Shown here in pieces: positions 16,003-26,067 of a stretch of 64,000 bases of DNA. The DNA lies in NCBI GenBank assembly GCA_023131895.1, contig JAGLYZ010000002.1:43364-107363 (forward strand), read 5' to 3'. Position 1 is the first letter of the stretch; every line of letters begins with the position of its first letter. The notes under the pieces were generated by a model. It was given only the letters and a program-made list of their open reading frames with translations, did no database searches and was not told where the DNA came from. The stretch is from Candidatus Parcubacteria bacterium (lineage in GTDB: Bacteria > Patescibacteriota > Minisyncoccia > Minisyncoccales > JAGMDC01). Both the position numbers and the translations under genes were made by a program.

Positions 16003-18924
16003 TTATCTTCGCGCAAAGTCGCAGATGTCTTTGAAATCGCAAAAAGAGCATTGCCAGCCGGGTGTTGCTTTAAAATCGCTCTTTTTTATTTCCTCAATTT
16101 CCTTGATTATTTTCTCTTTCAACCGGTTTTTTTCTTTTTCAGAGCCCAGAAAAAATGTTTTCTTGTTGTCGTTTAGATAATAATAAATCAGTTCTTTTGG
16201 ATCTATTTTGAAAATCTCTTCAGCCGCTATTTGATAAATTAATAATTGCTCTTTATCGTCTAATGATAATTTCTCTTTTGAACTTCCTGTTTTGTAATCA
16301 ATAATCGCGGCTCCGCCTTGTTTCTCATCAATCCTGTCTATCCTGCCGCGCAAACTATTATCCCCTATTTTCAAGCTAAACGGAATTTCCAAAGCTAAAA
16401 CATTGTTGATTTTTAAAATCTTTGGCTGTTTTTTTGAAAATTCGCTGTAAAAATCTTTAATTATTTTTTTACCGAGCTTGTAATACTCCTCTTTTTGTTT
16501 TTTATTTTCATACCATTCATCAATCCAGTTTTTCTCGTAAATTTTAACTAAATAGTCAAAATTTACGAGCCCTTCCGAAGTTTTTTCCCCATCAAAGCCA
16601 AATAAATTGCTTTGGTTTTTTATATTATTCTCATTGGCGTATTTTAAAAAGTCATATAAAGTGTTGTGCATTGCCTTTCCGAATGAAAACACTGCCTTGC
16701 CTTTTATTGGAATTTTTAAAATAAAAGCAAATTTGTACTGCAAAGGACATTTGCTGAAAGCCGCTAATTGCGAGAAAGAAAAATGTTCAGGCAGATAATC
16801 AGGACTTATTCTTGTCCTGCCAGCAGAAGCAACAGGTTTTACTTTTAATAACCCATTAACAGTTTCTCCGTCTTTCTCTTCTTTTTTATAGCCCATTTCT
16901 ATTAAAAAACGCGACAATTTCTTTTTTCTCATGCCGCCGTAATCTTCGGCTGAAAAGAAATAAAGCTCTTTTTTAGCCCTGGTCATTGCCACATAGCAGA
17001 TGCGCCTTTCTTCCTGCAAATGGATGTCGCCAGTCGGTTTTATGTCTTTAATCAATTCTTCGGGAAGTTCTATTAAATCTTTTCTTTCAATGGTCGGAAA
17101 TCTTTTATCTACCATATTAACTAAAAAGACATACTTGAATTCCAAGCCCTTGGCTCCGTGAATGGTCATTATTTTTATCATATCAGGACCCTGTTCCGGA
17201 TCAAATTCAAGCTTTCCCTCTTCACCAGATTCTATTTCCAAATTTATTTCCAGCATGAAATTACTCAAGCTTGGCTCAATTGTTGTTTCTTCAAAATTCT
17301 TTACTTTTTTATAAAATTGATTGAGCAAATCAAGCTGTTCTTTGGCTTCTAGCTTTATTAAATATTTCAGATAGCCTGAATCTTCAAGAAAAGCCACCAG
17401 TATTTCTGAAACTGTTTTTTCTTGCGCAAGGACGCTGTGTCTTTTAATCAAACTCAAAACAAAAGCGATTTTCTCCTGCGTTTTTTGGGAAACTCCTTGA
17501 ATCAAAGCAAGCTCTTCCATTGCTTCATAAAGCGATTTTGTCCTTTTATGGCTGTATTGCGTAAGCTTTATTATGTCTTGCAAGGGAATTTCCAAAAACG
17601 GCATATTTAAAATCCTGTAAACAGCCGTGCTTTCATGATAATTGTCCAAAAGCTTAAAATATGAAATAATATCCAAAACCACGGGCTTTGAATAAAGCCC
17701 CTTTGAAGCTAAAAATTGATAAGGCAAACCAGCGCGTTCCAGCGCTTTGGTAAAAAGATTTGCCGCATCATTTGCCCTTACTAAAATCGCAAAATCATTA
17801 TAAACGGCATCCTTATCCCTTTTAAGAATCTCTAAAATTTTCTTTATTGTTTTCCCGACTTCTTCATCTAAACTCTTGGCGAAAATATGTTCAATTATCC
17901 CGCTTCCTTTTTTCTGGGCAAGCAGTTTTTTATTAATTTTATTTACATATTCAAGCCGGTTTGGGTCGTTGGCTTTTATAAATTTGTAGGCTAAATCCAA
18001 AATATTCTGGCTAGACCTGTAATTTTTAACCAAAGAAATTTCTTTTGCCTTGGGAAAATCCTTTTTGAATTGTATGATATTTGAAAAAGACGCGCCCCTC
18101 CACTTATAAATTGATTGATCGTCGTCGGCGCAGACTGTCAGATTATTCTTTGGCTTTGCCAAAATCTTTATAAGTTCATACTGCGCCCAGTTTGTGTCCT
18201 GAAACTCATCAACTAAAATGTACTTGAATTTCCCCCTGTATTTTTTTAAAATCATGGGTCTTTTTTGAAAAAGTTTCAAACAATAATTAATTAAATCGCC
18301 AAAATCCAATGAGCTGTTTTCCAAAAGCAAGCGCTGATAAACATGATATGCGTTAGCGACTTCTTTTATTCTTTCTGATTCATTGCTTTCCGGCAAGTCA
18401 GTAAGATTGGTTTTCAGCTTATCCGCGTATTTTAAATAATCCTCGGGATAAATTGCCTGGTCTTTGCAATGAGAAAAATGCGAAATCAGAGCCTGGATAA
18501 ATTTTGTCGGGTTGCCCAAGGGTTTGTAATAATCAAGTTCAAACTTGTCTAAATTCCGATAAACCAAAAGCCAGCCAGCAGTATTATCTAAAATTTTGAA
18601 ATCAGCAGGCAAACCTATATCTAAGGCATAATCCCTTAAAATTCTTTCGCAGAAAGAATGAAAAGTGGAAATCCATAAATCCACATAACCAAAAGGTAAA
18701 AGCTTGTCAACCCTTTCCTCCATTTCTTCGGCTGCTTTTTCAGTAAAAGTAACAGCCAGGATTTCCTCTGTTTTAGCCTCTCCTCTTTCTATTAGATAAA
18801 CGATTCTCTGAGTGATAACCGTTGTTTTTCCGGTCCCGGCGCCAGCGACAATTAAAAGCGGCCCATTGCCATAAACTACAGCTTTTCTTTGTTCTTCATT
18901 TAGTTTTTTTAAATCCAATGCCAT
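16003..18924 (-). CDS. UvrD/PcrA-family SF1 helicase fused to a C-terminal Cas4/AddB-type PD-(D/E)xK nuclease with a 4-Cys Fe-S cluster
   Basis: Helicase motifs (AGAGTGKT, VDEFQDTN, VGDDDQSIYKWRGA, TIHGAKGLEF, VAMTRAK). C-terminal: C-x(n) SKCP..., GRIDRID, IIDYKTG (D/ExK), LLIYQ (QxxxY), CSFCDFKDIC. Confidence 0.8.
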   Translation of the reverse strand: MALDLKKLNEEQRKAVVYGNGPLLIVAGAGTGKTTVITQRIVYLIERGEAKTEEILAVTFTEKAAEEMEERVDKLLPFGYVDLWISTFHSFCERILRDYALDIGLPADFKILDNTAGWLLVYRNLDKFELDYYKPLGNPTKFIQALISHFSHCKDQAIYPEDYLKYADKLKTNLTDLPESNESERIKEVANAYHVYQRLLLENSSLDFGDLINYCLKLFQKRPMILKKYRGKFKYILVDEFQDTNWAQYELIKILAKPKNNLTVCADDDQSIYKWRGASFSNIIQFKKDFPKAKEISLVKNYRSSQNILDLAYKFIKANDPNRLEYVNKINKKLLAQKKGSGIIEHIFAKSLDEEVGKTIKKILEILKRDKDAVYNDFAILVRANDAANLFTKALERAGLPYQFLASKGLYSKPVVLDIISYFKLLDNYHESTAVYRILNMPFLEIPLQDIIKLTQYSHKRTKSLYEAMEELALIQGVSQKTQEKIAFVLSLIKRHSVLAQEKTVSEILVAFLEDSGYLKYLIKLEAKEQLDLLNQFYKKVKNFEETTIEPSLSNFMLEINLEIESGEEGKLEFDPEQGPDMIKIMTIHGAKGLEFKYVFLVNMVDKRFPTIERKDLIELPEELIKDIKPTGDIHLQEERRICYVAMTRAKKELYFFSAEDYGGMRKKKLSRFLIEMGYKKEEKDGETVNGLLKVKPVASAGRTRISPDYLPEHFSFSQLAAFSKCPLQYKFAFILKIPIKGKAVFSFGKAMHNTLYDFLKYANENNIKNQSNLFGFDGEKTSEGLVNFDYLVKIYEKNWIDEWYENKKQKEEYYKLGKKIIKDFYSEFSKKQPKILKINNVLALEIPFSLKIGDNSLRGRIDRIDEKQGGAAIIDYKTGSSKEKLSLDDKEQLLIYQIAAEEIFKIDPKELIYYYLNDNKKTFFLGSEKEKNRLKEKIIKEIEEIKKSDFKATPGWQCSFCDFKDICDFARR

Positions 18925-18995
18925 TTTTTTTCCTTATTATTTTAATTTAACTCATTTTTGGAGTTTTATCAATCTTTCTCTCATTTATCAACAAT

Positions 18996-20552
18996 CTATT
19001 TATTTGAATAGAGATAATCTTTATAATTCCCTAAATATGCTTTTAATTTCTTATTTTTAATTTCCCAAATATTATTACATACTTTATTGAGAATATAACG
19101 GTCATGGGAAACTAAAAGAATCGTACCCTTGTATTCTTTAAGCATATTAGTCACAACTTCTTTACTTGGAAGGTCTAAATGATTTGTTGGCTCGTCTAAT
19201 ACAAGAAAATTTGATTTTTGCAGTATTAATTCAGCCAAGGCAACTCTTGCCCGCTCTCCGCCGCTTAATTGATGAATTTTTTTAGCTGTCTGGTTTTGGG
19301 CAAACAAAAGACAGCCCAAAACATTTCTGATTTTTTCTTCATCGGATATTGTTTTAAACGCTACTTCTTCTAATATGCTTTTTTCCAGATCTAATTCTTC
19401 ATGCGCTTGAGCGTAATAACCTATTTTTATTCCTTGCGTTATTTTTACTTTTCCAGCGACGCTCGGGCTCTCGCCAATAATGGTTTTTAACAAACTTGAT
19501 TTTCCTGCTCCATTATTCCCTATAATGCCGATTTTATCTCCCCAATTTACTTCTATTCTGCCTTGTATTTCAAACAAAGGCGATTGCTCGTCTCCAACTA
19601 TTAAATTATTAATTTCTAAAACCCTTGTGCAAGTTTTTTCTGCAATATCAAAATTGATTTTGATATCGCTGCTTGTTTTCGGTTTTTCTACTCGCTCTAC
19701 TTTTGCTAATTGCTTAATCCTGCCCTGAACCTGTCCTGCTATTGCCGCCTTATATCTAAAACGGTCAATAAATTCCTGCTGCTTCTTGAAATACTTTTGC
19801 TGATTTTTATAATTCTTTTCTTGTATTCCAATACGTTTCTCTTTTTCTTTTATGTATTCGGAATAAGGGCAATAATATTTTTGCAATCCCTGCTTAGTTA
19901 ATTCAAATGTCTTATCGCACATTTTATCCAAAAATAATCTATCGTGAGATACGCATATCATCGTTTTATTCCAATTTAATAAAAATTGTTCCAGCCATTC
20001 TATTGTTTTTAAGTCAAGATGATTAGTCGGCTCGTCTAAAATCAACAAATTAGGCTTAGACGCTAAAATTTTAGCCAACGCCAGCCTTGTCCTTTCTCCA
20101 CCGCTTAATGTTTTAATTTTCCTTTGCAGATATTGTTCTGAAAAACCAAAATTTTCTAAAAGATTTTTTATCAATCCTTCGTAGCGAAGGCTGTCCAGTT
20201 TTAACATTTCCGCGCTTACTGAACGTATTTCCTCTAAAAGCGTGTTTTGAAGAGATTTCCAAAGGGTTTCTTGCGGCAAATATCCTATTTTGAGATTTTT
20301 ATTTTTACTGATATCCCCTTCATCTGCTTCCTCTGTTCCTATAATTATTTTTAAAAGAGTGCTTTTGCCTATTCCATTTGCGCCTACAATAGCGATTCTG
20401 TCATTAGAATTTATTGTTAAATCAATATCAGAAAACAGATCCTCCTCTCTATAGGATTTTGAAATACCATGCAGAATCAATAAAGGATTTTTAATTTTTT
20501 CTGATTGGTTTTCGTAAAAAAATTTTGGAATTTTTATGTTATTTTTGTCCAT
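18996..20552 (-). CDS. ABC-F family ATPase (two tandem NBDs, no TM domain; Uup/EttA-like)
   Basis: Two Walker A motifs (GANGIGKST, GNNGAGKSS), two signatures (LSGGERTRLALA, LSGGERARVALA), two Walker B motifs (LILDEPTNHLD, LVLDEPTNHLD) and an inter-domain linker. Confidence 0.85.
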   Translation of the reverse strand: MDKNNIKIPKFFYENQSEKIKNPLLILHGISKSYREEDLFSDIDLTINSNDRIAIVGANGIGKSTLLKIIIGTEEADEGDISKNKNLKIGYLPQETLWKSLQNTLLEEIRSVSAEMLKLDSLRYEGLIKNLLENFGFSEQYLQRKIKTLSGGERTRLALAKILASKPNLLILDEPTNHLDLKTIEWLEQFLLNWNKTMICVSHDRLFLDKMCDKTFELTKQGLQKYYCPYSEYIKEKEKRIGIQEKNYKNQQKYFKKQQEFIDRFRYKAAIAGQVQGRIKQLAKVERVEKPKTSSDIKINFDIAEKTCTRVLEINNLIVGDEQSPLFEIQGRIEVNWGDKIGIIGNNGAGKSSLLKTIIGESPSVAGKVKITQGIKIGYYAQAHEELDLEKSILEEVAFKTISDEEKIRNVLGCLLFAQNQTAKKIHQLSGGERARVALAELILQKSNFLVLDEPTNHLDLPSKEVVTNMLKEYKGTILLVSHDRYILNKVCNNIWEIKNKKLKAYLGNYKDYLYSNK

Positions 20553-20711
20553 AAAAAAACAGGGATTAAATAATTCAATACAATAGACGAATATATTAGT
20601 CGTTTTCGGCTATTTGCAATCAATTATTTCCCTGTTAAATCGCTCTCGTATATTCTATTGTTTGGATAAAAACTTTCATCATTGTTTATAATATACAAAT
20701 TAAAAATTATG

Positions 20712-22547
20712 TCAATGTTTTTCTTCTCGAGCCGCTCGTTTCGCGCTGTTTTCGTCCAAAAATACTTTTCTTATCCGGATATTTTTGGGAGTAATTTCCA
20801 CAAGCTCGTCATCGTTGATATAAACCAAGGCGTCTTCTAAATCCATGATTTTCGGTTCGTTAAAATGCTCGGTGACGCCATCGCCACGTGAACGCATATT
20901 AGAAAGCTGTTTTTCTTTGCAGACATTCACCCTGATATCTTCGCTTCTTGAATTCTGACCGACCACCTGGCCTTCATAAACTTTGATGCCAGGCCCCAAA
21001 AACAAAAACCCCCGGCTTTGAACGTTTCTCAATCCGTATAAATTGGTCATACCAGTTTCGTGAGCTACCAAAGAACCATGATTTCTTTCTTTCCAGCCGC
21101 CGGAATCCTTTTGATATTGATAAAAATTAGTATTAATAATACCCATGCCTTTAGTGTCAGTTAGAAATTCGCTCCTGTATCCAAAAAGGCCTCTGGTCGG
21201 AATGATAAATTCCAAAAAAACAATGCCGTCAATATTCTTCATATCAACCAACTCCCCTTTTCGGCTATTTAACTTTTGTATAACAGAACCATGGAATTTT
21301 TCCGGCACTTCAATGTAAACTTTTTCAAACGGAACCATTTTCTGTCCATCAATTTCCTTAACAATCACCTGAGGTCTGGAAACCTGCAATTCATAGCCCT
21401 CGCGGCGTATTCTTTCAATGAGAATAGCTAAATGCAGCTCTCCCCGTCCGGAAACCGTCCAACTGACGCTCGTTAATTCTTCAATTCTTAAAGCCACGTC
21501 GGTTTCCAATTCTTTATAGATCCTTGCTTTTACTTGGCGCGAAGTTGAAAACTGTCCTTCTTTGCCGGCAAACGGAGAATTATTGACCAAAAATGTCATT
21601 TTAACAGTCGGCTCTTCTATATTAATTATTGGCAGAGCTTTTGGATCTATAGGATCGGCAATTGTTTCCCCGATAGTCACGTCCGGTATTCCGGCTAAAG
21701 CCGCGATATCGCCTGCTGAAACCTCGGCTGCCTCCTTTCTGTTTAAGCCAGAAAAGGTCATTAAAGAAATTAAACGGTGTTTCTTTACCTGGCCGCGCTT
21801 GTTAATGTAGGTTATTTCCTGCCCGGATTTAATAACGCCGTTATGAACTCTGCCGATGCAAATTCTTCCCTTAAAATCGTCTCCAGAAATTGAAGTAACA
21901 AGCATCTGCAACGGCTTTTGCGGATCGCCTAATGGCGACGGAATATGCTTGAGAATCGCATCAAAAAGAGGGATAATATCAGTCATTTTATTAAGGTCGG
22001 GATCTATCCCCGCTTTGCCTTCTCTCCCAGAAGCATAAATTACAGGGAAATTCAAAGCGTTTTCGTCCGCGCTCAATTCTAAAAACAAATCAAGCGTCGC
22101 GTTTAAAGCAAAATCTATTCTCGCGCCGGCTTTATCTATTTTATTGATCACCACGATAATTTTATGGCCCATTTCAAGCGCTTTTTTCAAAACAAATCTG
22201 GTCTGATGCATGGGGCCGTCTTTTGCGTCAATTAACAGCAAACAACCATCCGCCATATTTAAAACTCTTTCCACCTCTCCGCCAAAATCCGCGTGGCCCG
22301 GAGTGTCAATGATATTGATTTTAGTCCCATTATAGTGAATCGCCGCATTTTTAGAAAAAATAGTGATACCTCTTTCCTTTTCCAACTCATTACTGTCCAT
22401 TATGCATACTTGATTAGCCAAATCTTTCCCCAAGTCGCTTTTGGACTGGCGCAATAAAGCGTCAACCAGCGTGGTTTTTCCGTGGTCAACATGGGCAATA
22501 ATAGCGATATTTCTGATATTAATTTTATCCATAATATTATTCAACAA
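20712..22547 (-). CDS. typA: translational GTPase TypA/BipA
   Basis: G1 AHVDHGKTT, G3 DTPGHADF, G4 NKID, EF-G-like domains; 611 aa. Confidence 0.9.
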   Translation of the reverse strand: MLNNIMDKINIRNIAIIAHVDHGKTTLVDALLRQSKSDLGKDLANQVCIMDSNELEKERGITIFSKNAAIHYNGTKINIIDTPGHADFGGEVERVLNMADGCLLLIDAKDGPMHQTRFVLKKALEMGHKIIVVINKIDKAGARIDFALNATLDLFLELSADENALNFPVIYASGREGKAGIDPDLNKMTDIIPLFDAILKHIPSPLGDPQKPLQMLVTSISGDDFKGRICIGRVHNGVIKSGQEITYINKRGQVKKHRLISLMTFSGLNRKEAAEVSAGDIAALAGIPDVTIGETIADPIDPKALPIINIEEPTVKMTFLVNNSPFAGKEGQFSTSRQVKARIYKELETDVALRIEELTSVSWTVSGRGELHLAILIERIRREGYELQVSRPQVIVKEIDGQKMVPFEKVYIEVPEKFHGSVIQKLNSRKGELVDMKNIDGIVFLEFIIPTRGLFGYRSEFLTDTKGMGIINTNFYQYQKDSGGWKERNHGSLVAHETGMTNLYGLRNVQSRGFLFLGPGIKVYEGQVVGQNSRSEDIRVNVCKEKQLSNMRSRGDGVTEHFNEPKIMDLEDALVYINDDELVEITPKNIRIRKVFLDENSAKRAAREEKH

Positions 22548-23757
22548 ATGTTAAGGCAACGCCTCTTTTATTGATACGGCCTGTTCTGCCGATGCGGTGC
22601 ACGTAATCTTCGTAAGTTGCGGGCACGTCGTAATTAATCACATGGCTCACATCAGGGATATCAAGCCCCCGAGCCGCCACATCTGTTGCCACTAAAATAC
22701 TGATATTGTCTTCCTTAAACGATTTTAAGGATCTAAGGCGGCTGGCATAGTTCTTGTCTCCGTGGATTGAATCAGCTTTAAAACCGTATCTCGCTAGATT
22801 GTTAGATAATCTTTCCACGCCGTACTTGGTTCTGCCAAAAATAAGCACTTTGCGGAATTCGTCTTTCGCCAATAAATTACAAAGTGTCCCTATCTTTCCT
22901 CTGCTTGAAACTCTAACTATGTCTTGATAAATGTTTTCCGGCGTATCTCCGGTTTTAACAAACACGGTAACAGGTTTGTTGAGAAATTCGTTAATGAGCA
23001 GCTCAGCTTCTCGGGTCATAGTCGCTAAAAAGCAAAGCGCGTGGCGCTTTGGAGGCATTAGAGACGTAATAAATTTTATATCCGCGATAAACCCCATATC
23101 CAGCATTCGGTCGGCTTCGTCTAAAATAATTGTGGAAAAAGCGGAAAGATTTATAAATCTCCGTTGGATCAAATCCTTTAATCTCCCCGGAGTGCCGATA
23201 ATAAAATGATTGCGGTAATTTTTCAATTCGGAAATTTGGCTACGGATGGAAGTTCCGCCAACGCAGCAGGCGGAATAAATATTAATGCCGCGCGAAAAAC
23301 TCTTAAACTCCTGGTTGATTTGTGTCGCCAGCTCGCGAGTAGGCGCGATAATCAGCACTTTTTCTCGAGGATTTAACAATACTTTCTGTATCAAAGGGAT
23401 TAAAAAAGCGCCGGTTTTGCCAGTACCTGTATTGGCAATGCCCACCACGTCAAGGCCTTGTAAAACATGCTCAATGATTTTATCTTGAATGGGAGTGGGC
23501 GTTTTAAATCCTTTAGCCAGAATATTGGCTCTCAAACGCTGATCAATATTAAAATCTTGGAACTGGTGAGTCGGCGCGAAAACTTTCGCTTTTTGAGCAA
23601 CAACGTTTTTGTTAATAAACCGATCAATGCTGATTTCCTTAGCAAAACCCGAGCGTCTTTTGCGAACGCCGAAGTTGGAATATTTGCGGAATGAATGTTT
23701 GTCAAAATGTCTTGTTACCATAAATAAAATAAAATGCCGCACAAAGTCTCGCGACAT
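22537..23757 (-). CDS. DEAD-box ATP-dependent RNA helicase
   Basis: Q motif (GFKTPTPIQ), motif I (NTGTGKT), DEAD (ILDEADRMLDMGF), SAT-like (ATMT), motif VI (HRIGRTGR); overlaps the typA start by 11 nt. Confidence 0.9.
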   Translation of the reverse strand: MSRDFVRHFILFMVTRHFDKHSFRKYSNFGVRKRRSGFAKEISIDRFINKNVVAQKAKVFAPTHQFQDFNIDQRLRANILAKGFKTPTPIQDKIIEHVLQGLDVVGIANTGTGKTGAFLIPLIQKVLLNPREKVLIIAPTRELATQINQEFKSFSRGINIYSACCVGGTSIRSQISELKNYRNHFIIGTPGRLKDLIQRRFINLSAFSTIILDEADRMLDMGFIADIKFITSLMPPKRHALCFLATMTREAELLINEFLNKPVTVFVKTGDTPENIYQDIVRVSSRGKIGTLCNLLAKDEFRKVLIFGRTKYGVERLSNNLARYGFKADSIHGDKNYASRLRSLKSFKEDNISILVATDVAARGLDIPDVSHVINYDVPATYEDYVHRIGRTGRINKRGVALTFVE

Positions 23758-23922
23758 TACCCTTTCATCATACTAAATATACAACCTTTTGTCAATAAAA
23801 ATCGTCCAACGATGGACTCTTTTATTTACTAGACCTCTCAGTGGCCTGCACTGAGCTTGTCGAAGTGCTGGCAACATCGGTCTAGAACTCGTATTTTAAG
23901 GGGAAAATTGGGGCTTTTTAGA

Positions 23923-24012
23923 GTGTCTCATTGACGTGTCTCAGTCAGGGCGTTTTGTTCAGGAAATGAGACAAATGAGACACTACTTAAGGGTATATTT
24001 GAGTGTCTCAAA
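23923..24012. repeat. cluster of five TGAGACAC/GTGTCTCA half-sites, including the 38-bp palindromic unit AAATGAGACACTACTTAAGGGTATATTTGAGTGTCTCAAA (copy 1)
   Basis: GTGTCTCA at about 23923, 23936 and 24003; TGAGACA(C) at about 23967 and 23976; lies in an unusually long (about 500 bp) intergenic region. Confidence 0.6.
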
Positions 24013-24259
24013 ATCTATGATTGTCCAAGTCCTGAAGAATTTTAAGGTCCGCCTTACCAATCCTAAATTTCGGGGGAGTTTTACTCCTCTCAAATTTTTT
24101 AAATTTATGTTTCAGTGTTTGGGTTTATTTTCTAAAATTACTGTGTCGTAATCTTTACTTAAATCGTCCACCTCAAAAGACAGCCCTACATCAAAATTAT
24201 CCTTTCTTATTTCAGCTCCGTTTCTGTTAATTATCTTTTTTACTGGCAACGTTCAGTTC

Positions 24260-24502
24260 TTAACCCTTATATTTTCTCGGATCTGCTCCGTAAGTATGTT
24301 CTGTCTGAATTTTGCCAGTTCTTCCGTGTATTTTTATCTGGCTTGGTTCTTGCTTTCTTGCAATTCCCCGGGCTTTTTTAATTGCTTTTTCTTTATTTTC
24401 AAACACAGCAATCGGTTGTTTGTTTCCTTCTTTGGTTATCTTCCAGTCTTTTACCCCTCCTTTTTTATTTGGAGTAATATGAATTACTAGCCTTTTAGAC
24501 AT
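24260..24502 (-). CDS. DUF2188-family protein
   Basis: 80 aa; pattern LVIHITP..GG.WKI.KEG...PIAVFENKEKAIKKARGIARKQEPSQIKIHGRTGKIQTEHTYGADP matches the DUF2188 consensus (hVvP..gGW.v....a.ra...f.tq.eAi..A..lA......l.iHgrdGrIr...syG.DP). Confidence 0.6.
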   Translation of the reverse strand: MSKRLVIHITPNKKGGVKDWKITKEGNKQPIAVFENKEKAIKKARGIARKQEPSQIKIHGRTGKIQTEHTYGADPRKYKG

Positions 24503-24598
24503 AATAATTATTTCCTTTGATTAAGATTATTTGAGGTCGACCTTTATAAATTATCTTTAGCAAAATATCTCAATTCACTAAACTGAGATATCTTTAAT

Positions 24599-25762
24599 CT
24601 ACTTAATAATCCCTCCTTCTTTTTCTATTGTTTTCATTTTATCCTTTATCCCCTCCTCTAATTTTTTATATTTATCCCAAGTAAGCAACCAAACCAAGGC
24701 AATGGAATCAATGGCATCAGCCAAAATATAAATACTAATTTTATCAAGTTTATCTTTATACTCTGAATCTTCTAAAATTTTCATTTTTTCATATTCTTGT
24801 TTCTTAATGCCTTCCGGAATAAAATCAGTGGAAATTAAATAAGAAACAAAACAAACCGCTTTGACATAATCATATATCTTTTTGTTCCCCTTGCCTAAAA
24901 TTTTCTTATCAGCAAGTTTTCCTTTAACTTTTTCTATTTCCCACTTTCTTTTACTTAATTCATCTATTACTCCATAGAGAAAAGATTCTTTGAACTTTTC
25001 TTTCAGCTTTTTATTTTTAATAAACTCAGGCGCACCATCAATATCATAATCAAAAACATCTCTTTTTTTATCAAATTCGTAAAATTTTATTATTTCTTTA
25101 TCCCAGTATTTCTCCATATCTGGATGAATAGTTGAGGGTCCATAAAAGTCTCTATCATCGCAATGCGGCGGCACATGAGCGTCAGATAAATAATGACTTA
25201 ACATTAAGAAATAAAGCGCTATTTGATTATCATTGAACATAATATTGGAACCTTTTGGCTCCTTTTTTTGAATCAAAACCATATCTCTAATAGCGTGAGA
25301 TAGGGCCTCACATCTATCAGGAAGCACATATTTAGACTTTCTGCAGACTTTTTCTTTAAGTCTGGATTCATTAATTCCAAGTTTTCTCAACGAACACAAA
25401 TGATTCGGTGTTCGATTCTTGAATTCTTTAGCTTCTTTTCTTTCTTTCCTTGTTGACGGTTTTTTAAGTTTAAAGGTATGCCCGCCAGTGAGGTTATCAG
25501 AAATAACGTTGTCCGGAAACCAAGCCCCTTTAAGAAATGCATCTTTGTGTTTATCAAAAAATTTCACAAAGCTTTCAGCTTGTTTTTTAAAATGATCGTC
25601 AAAATCGTCGCCGAGAAAATAGCCCCTGAAATTTTTACCAAGAAAACTCCGCCTAAAAGATTTATATCTTTTAGGCCCCTTTAATCTTTCTAGGGCCATT
25701 AAGGCTAGCCAAGCATGAGCTATTTTTTTCATGTTTATTAATATCCTACCATCTATCTCCAC
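24599..25762 (-). CDS. Zn-dependent phospholipase C / S1-P1 nuclease superfamily-like protein
   Basis: LSHYLSDAHVPPHCDD matches the PLC/P1 zinc-binding block (L-H-Y-x-x-D-x-x-x-P-x-H); N-terminal HAW...; 387 aa. Confidence 0.45.
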   Translation of the reverse strand: MEIDGRILINMKKIAHAWLALMALERLKGPKRYKSFRRSFLGKNFRGYFLGDDFDDHFKKQAESFVKFFDKHKDAFLKGAWFPDNVISDNLTGGHTFKLKKPSTRKERKEAKEFKNRTPNHLCSLRKLGINESRLKEKVCRKSKYVLPDRCEALSHAIRDMVLIQKKEPKGSNIMFNDNQIALYFLMLSHYLSDAHVPPHCDDRDFYGPSTIHPDMEKYWDKEIIKFYEFDKKRDVFDYDIDGAPEFIKNKKLKEKFKESFLYGVIDELSKRKWEIEKVKGKLADKKILGKGNKKIYDYVKAVCFVSYLISTDFIPEGIKKQEYEKMKILEDSEYKDKLDKISIYILADAIDSIALVWLLTWDKYKKLEEGIKDKMKTIEKEGGIIK

Positions 25763-25998
25763 AACTTAATACATAGTAGTAAATTGTAGTAAATTTTCAG
25801 GATTTTTTAGTTTGATATATTAATAATGGAGTTGGCAATAATACCTTCTGAGATACCACTTATGGGTTCCACTTGCGGGTGTGGTAAATACACCTTAGAA
25901 CCTAAAATAGAGATATTTTGAGAGGTTTTTGTATATTTTTAGAAATTCCTAATGCCTCTATGTCAGTCTTTATGCTTTATATCAAAATTATAGCACAA

Positions 25999-26036
25999 AT
26001 GAGACACTACTTAAGGGTATATTTTCGTGTCTCAAA
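25999..26036. repeat. copy 2 of the 38-bp palindromic unit (AAATGAGACACTACTTAAGGGTATATTTTCGTGTCTCAAA; 36/38 identity with copy 1)
   Basis: Direct comparison with 23975-24012; lies between the helicase gene stop (26068) and the PLC-like gene start (25762). Confidence 0.6.
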
Positions 26037-26067
26037 TGCACCAGCGTGTAATCTTACGAAACATTGA

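Noticed and set aside
20553-20711. Imperfect inverted repeat AACAGGGATTAAATAA...TTATTTCCCTGTT upstream of the ABC-F gene
   Set aside because: Arms are not exactly complementary and are AT-rich; could be chance in 30%-GC DNA.
23936-24151. 71-aa plus-strand ORF in the long intergenic region
   Set aside because: Coincides with the palindromic repeat cluster; reading frame is likely a by-product of the repeats; no RBS.
23923-26036. CRISPR array
   Set aside because: Only two full copies of the 38-bp unit, 2 kb apart and bracketing protein-coding genes, plus clustered half-sites; no regular repeat-spacer periodicity and no cas genes.
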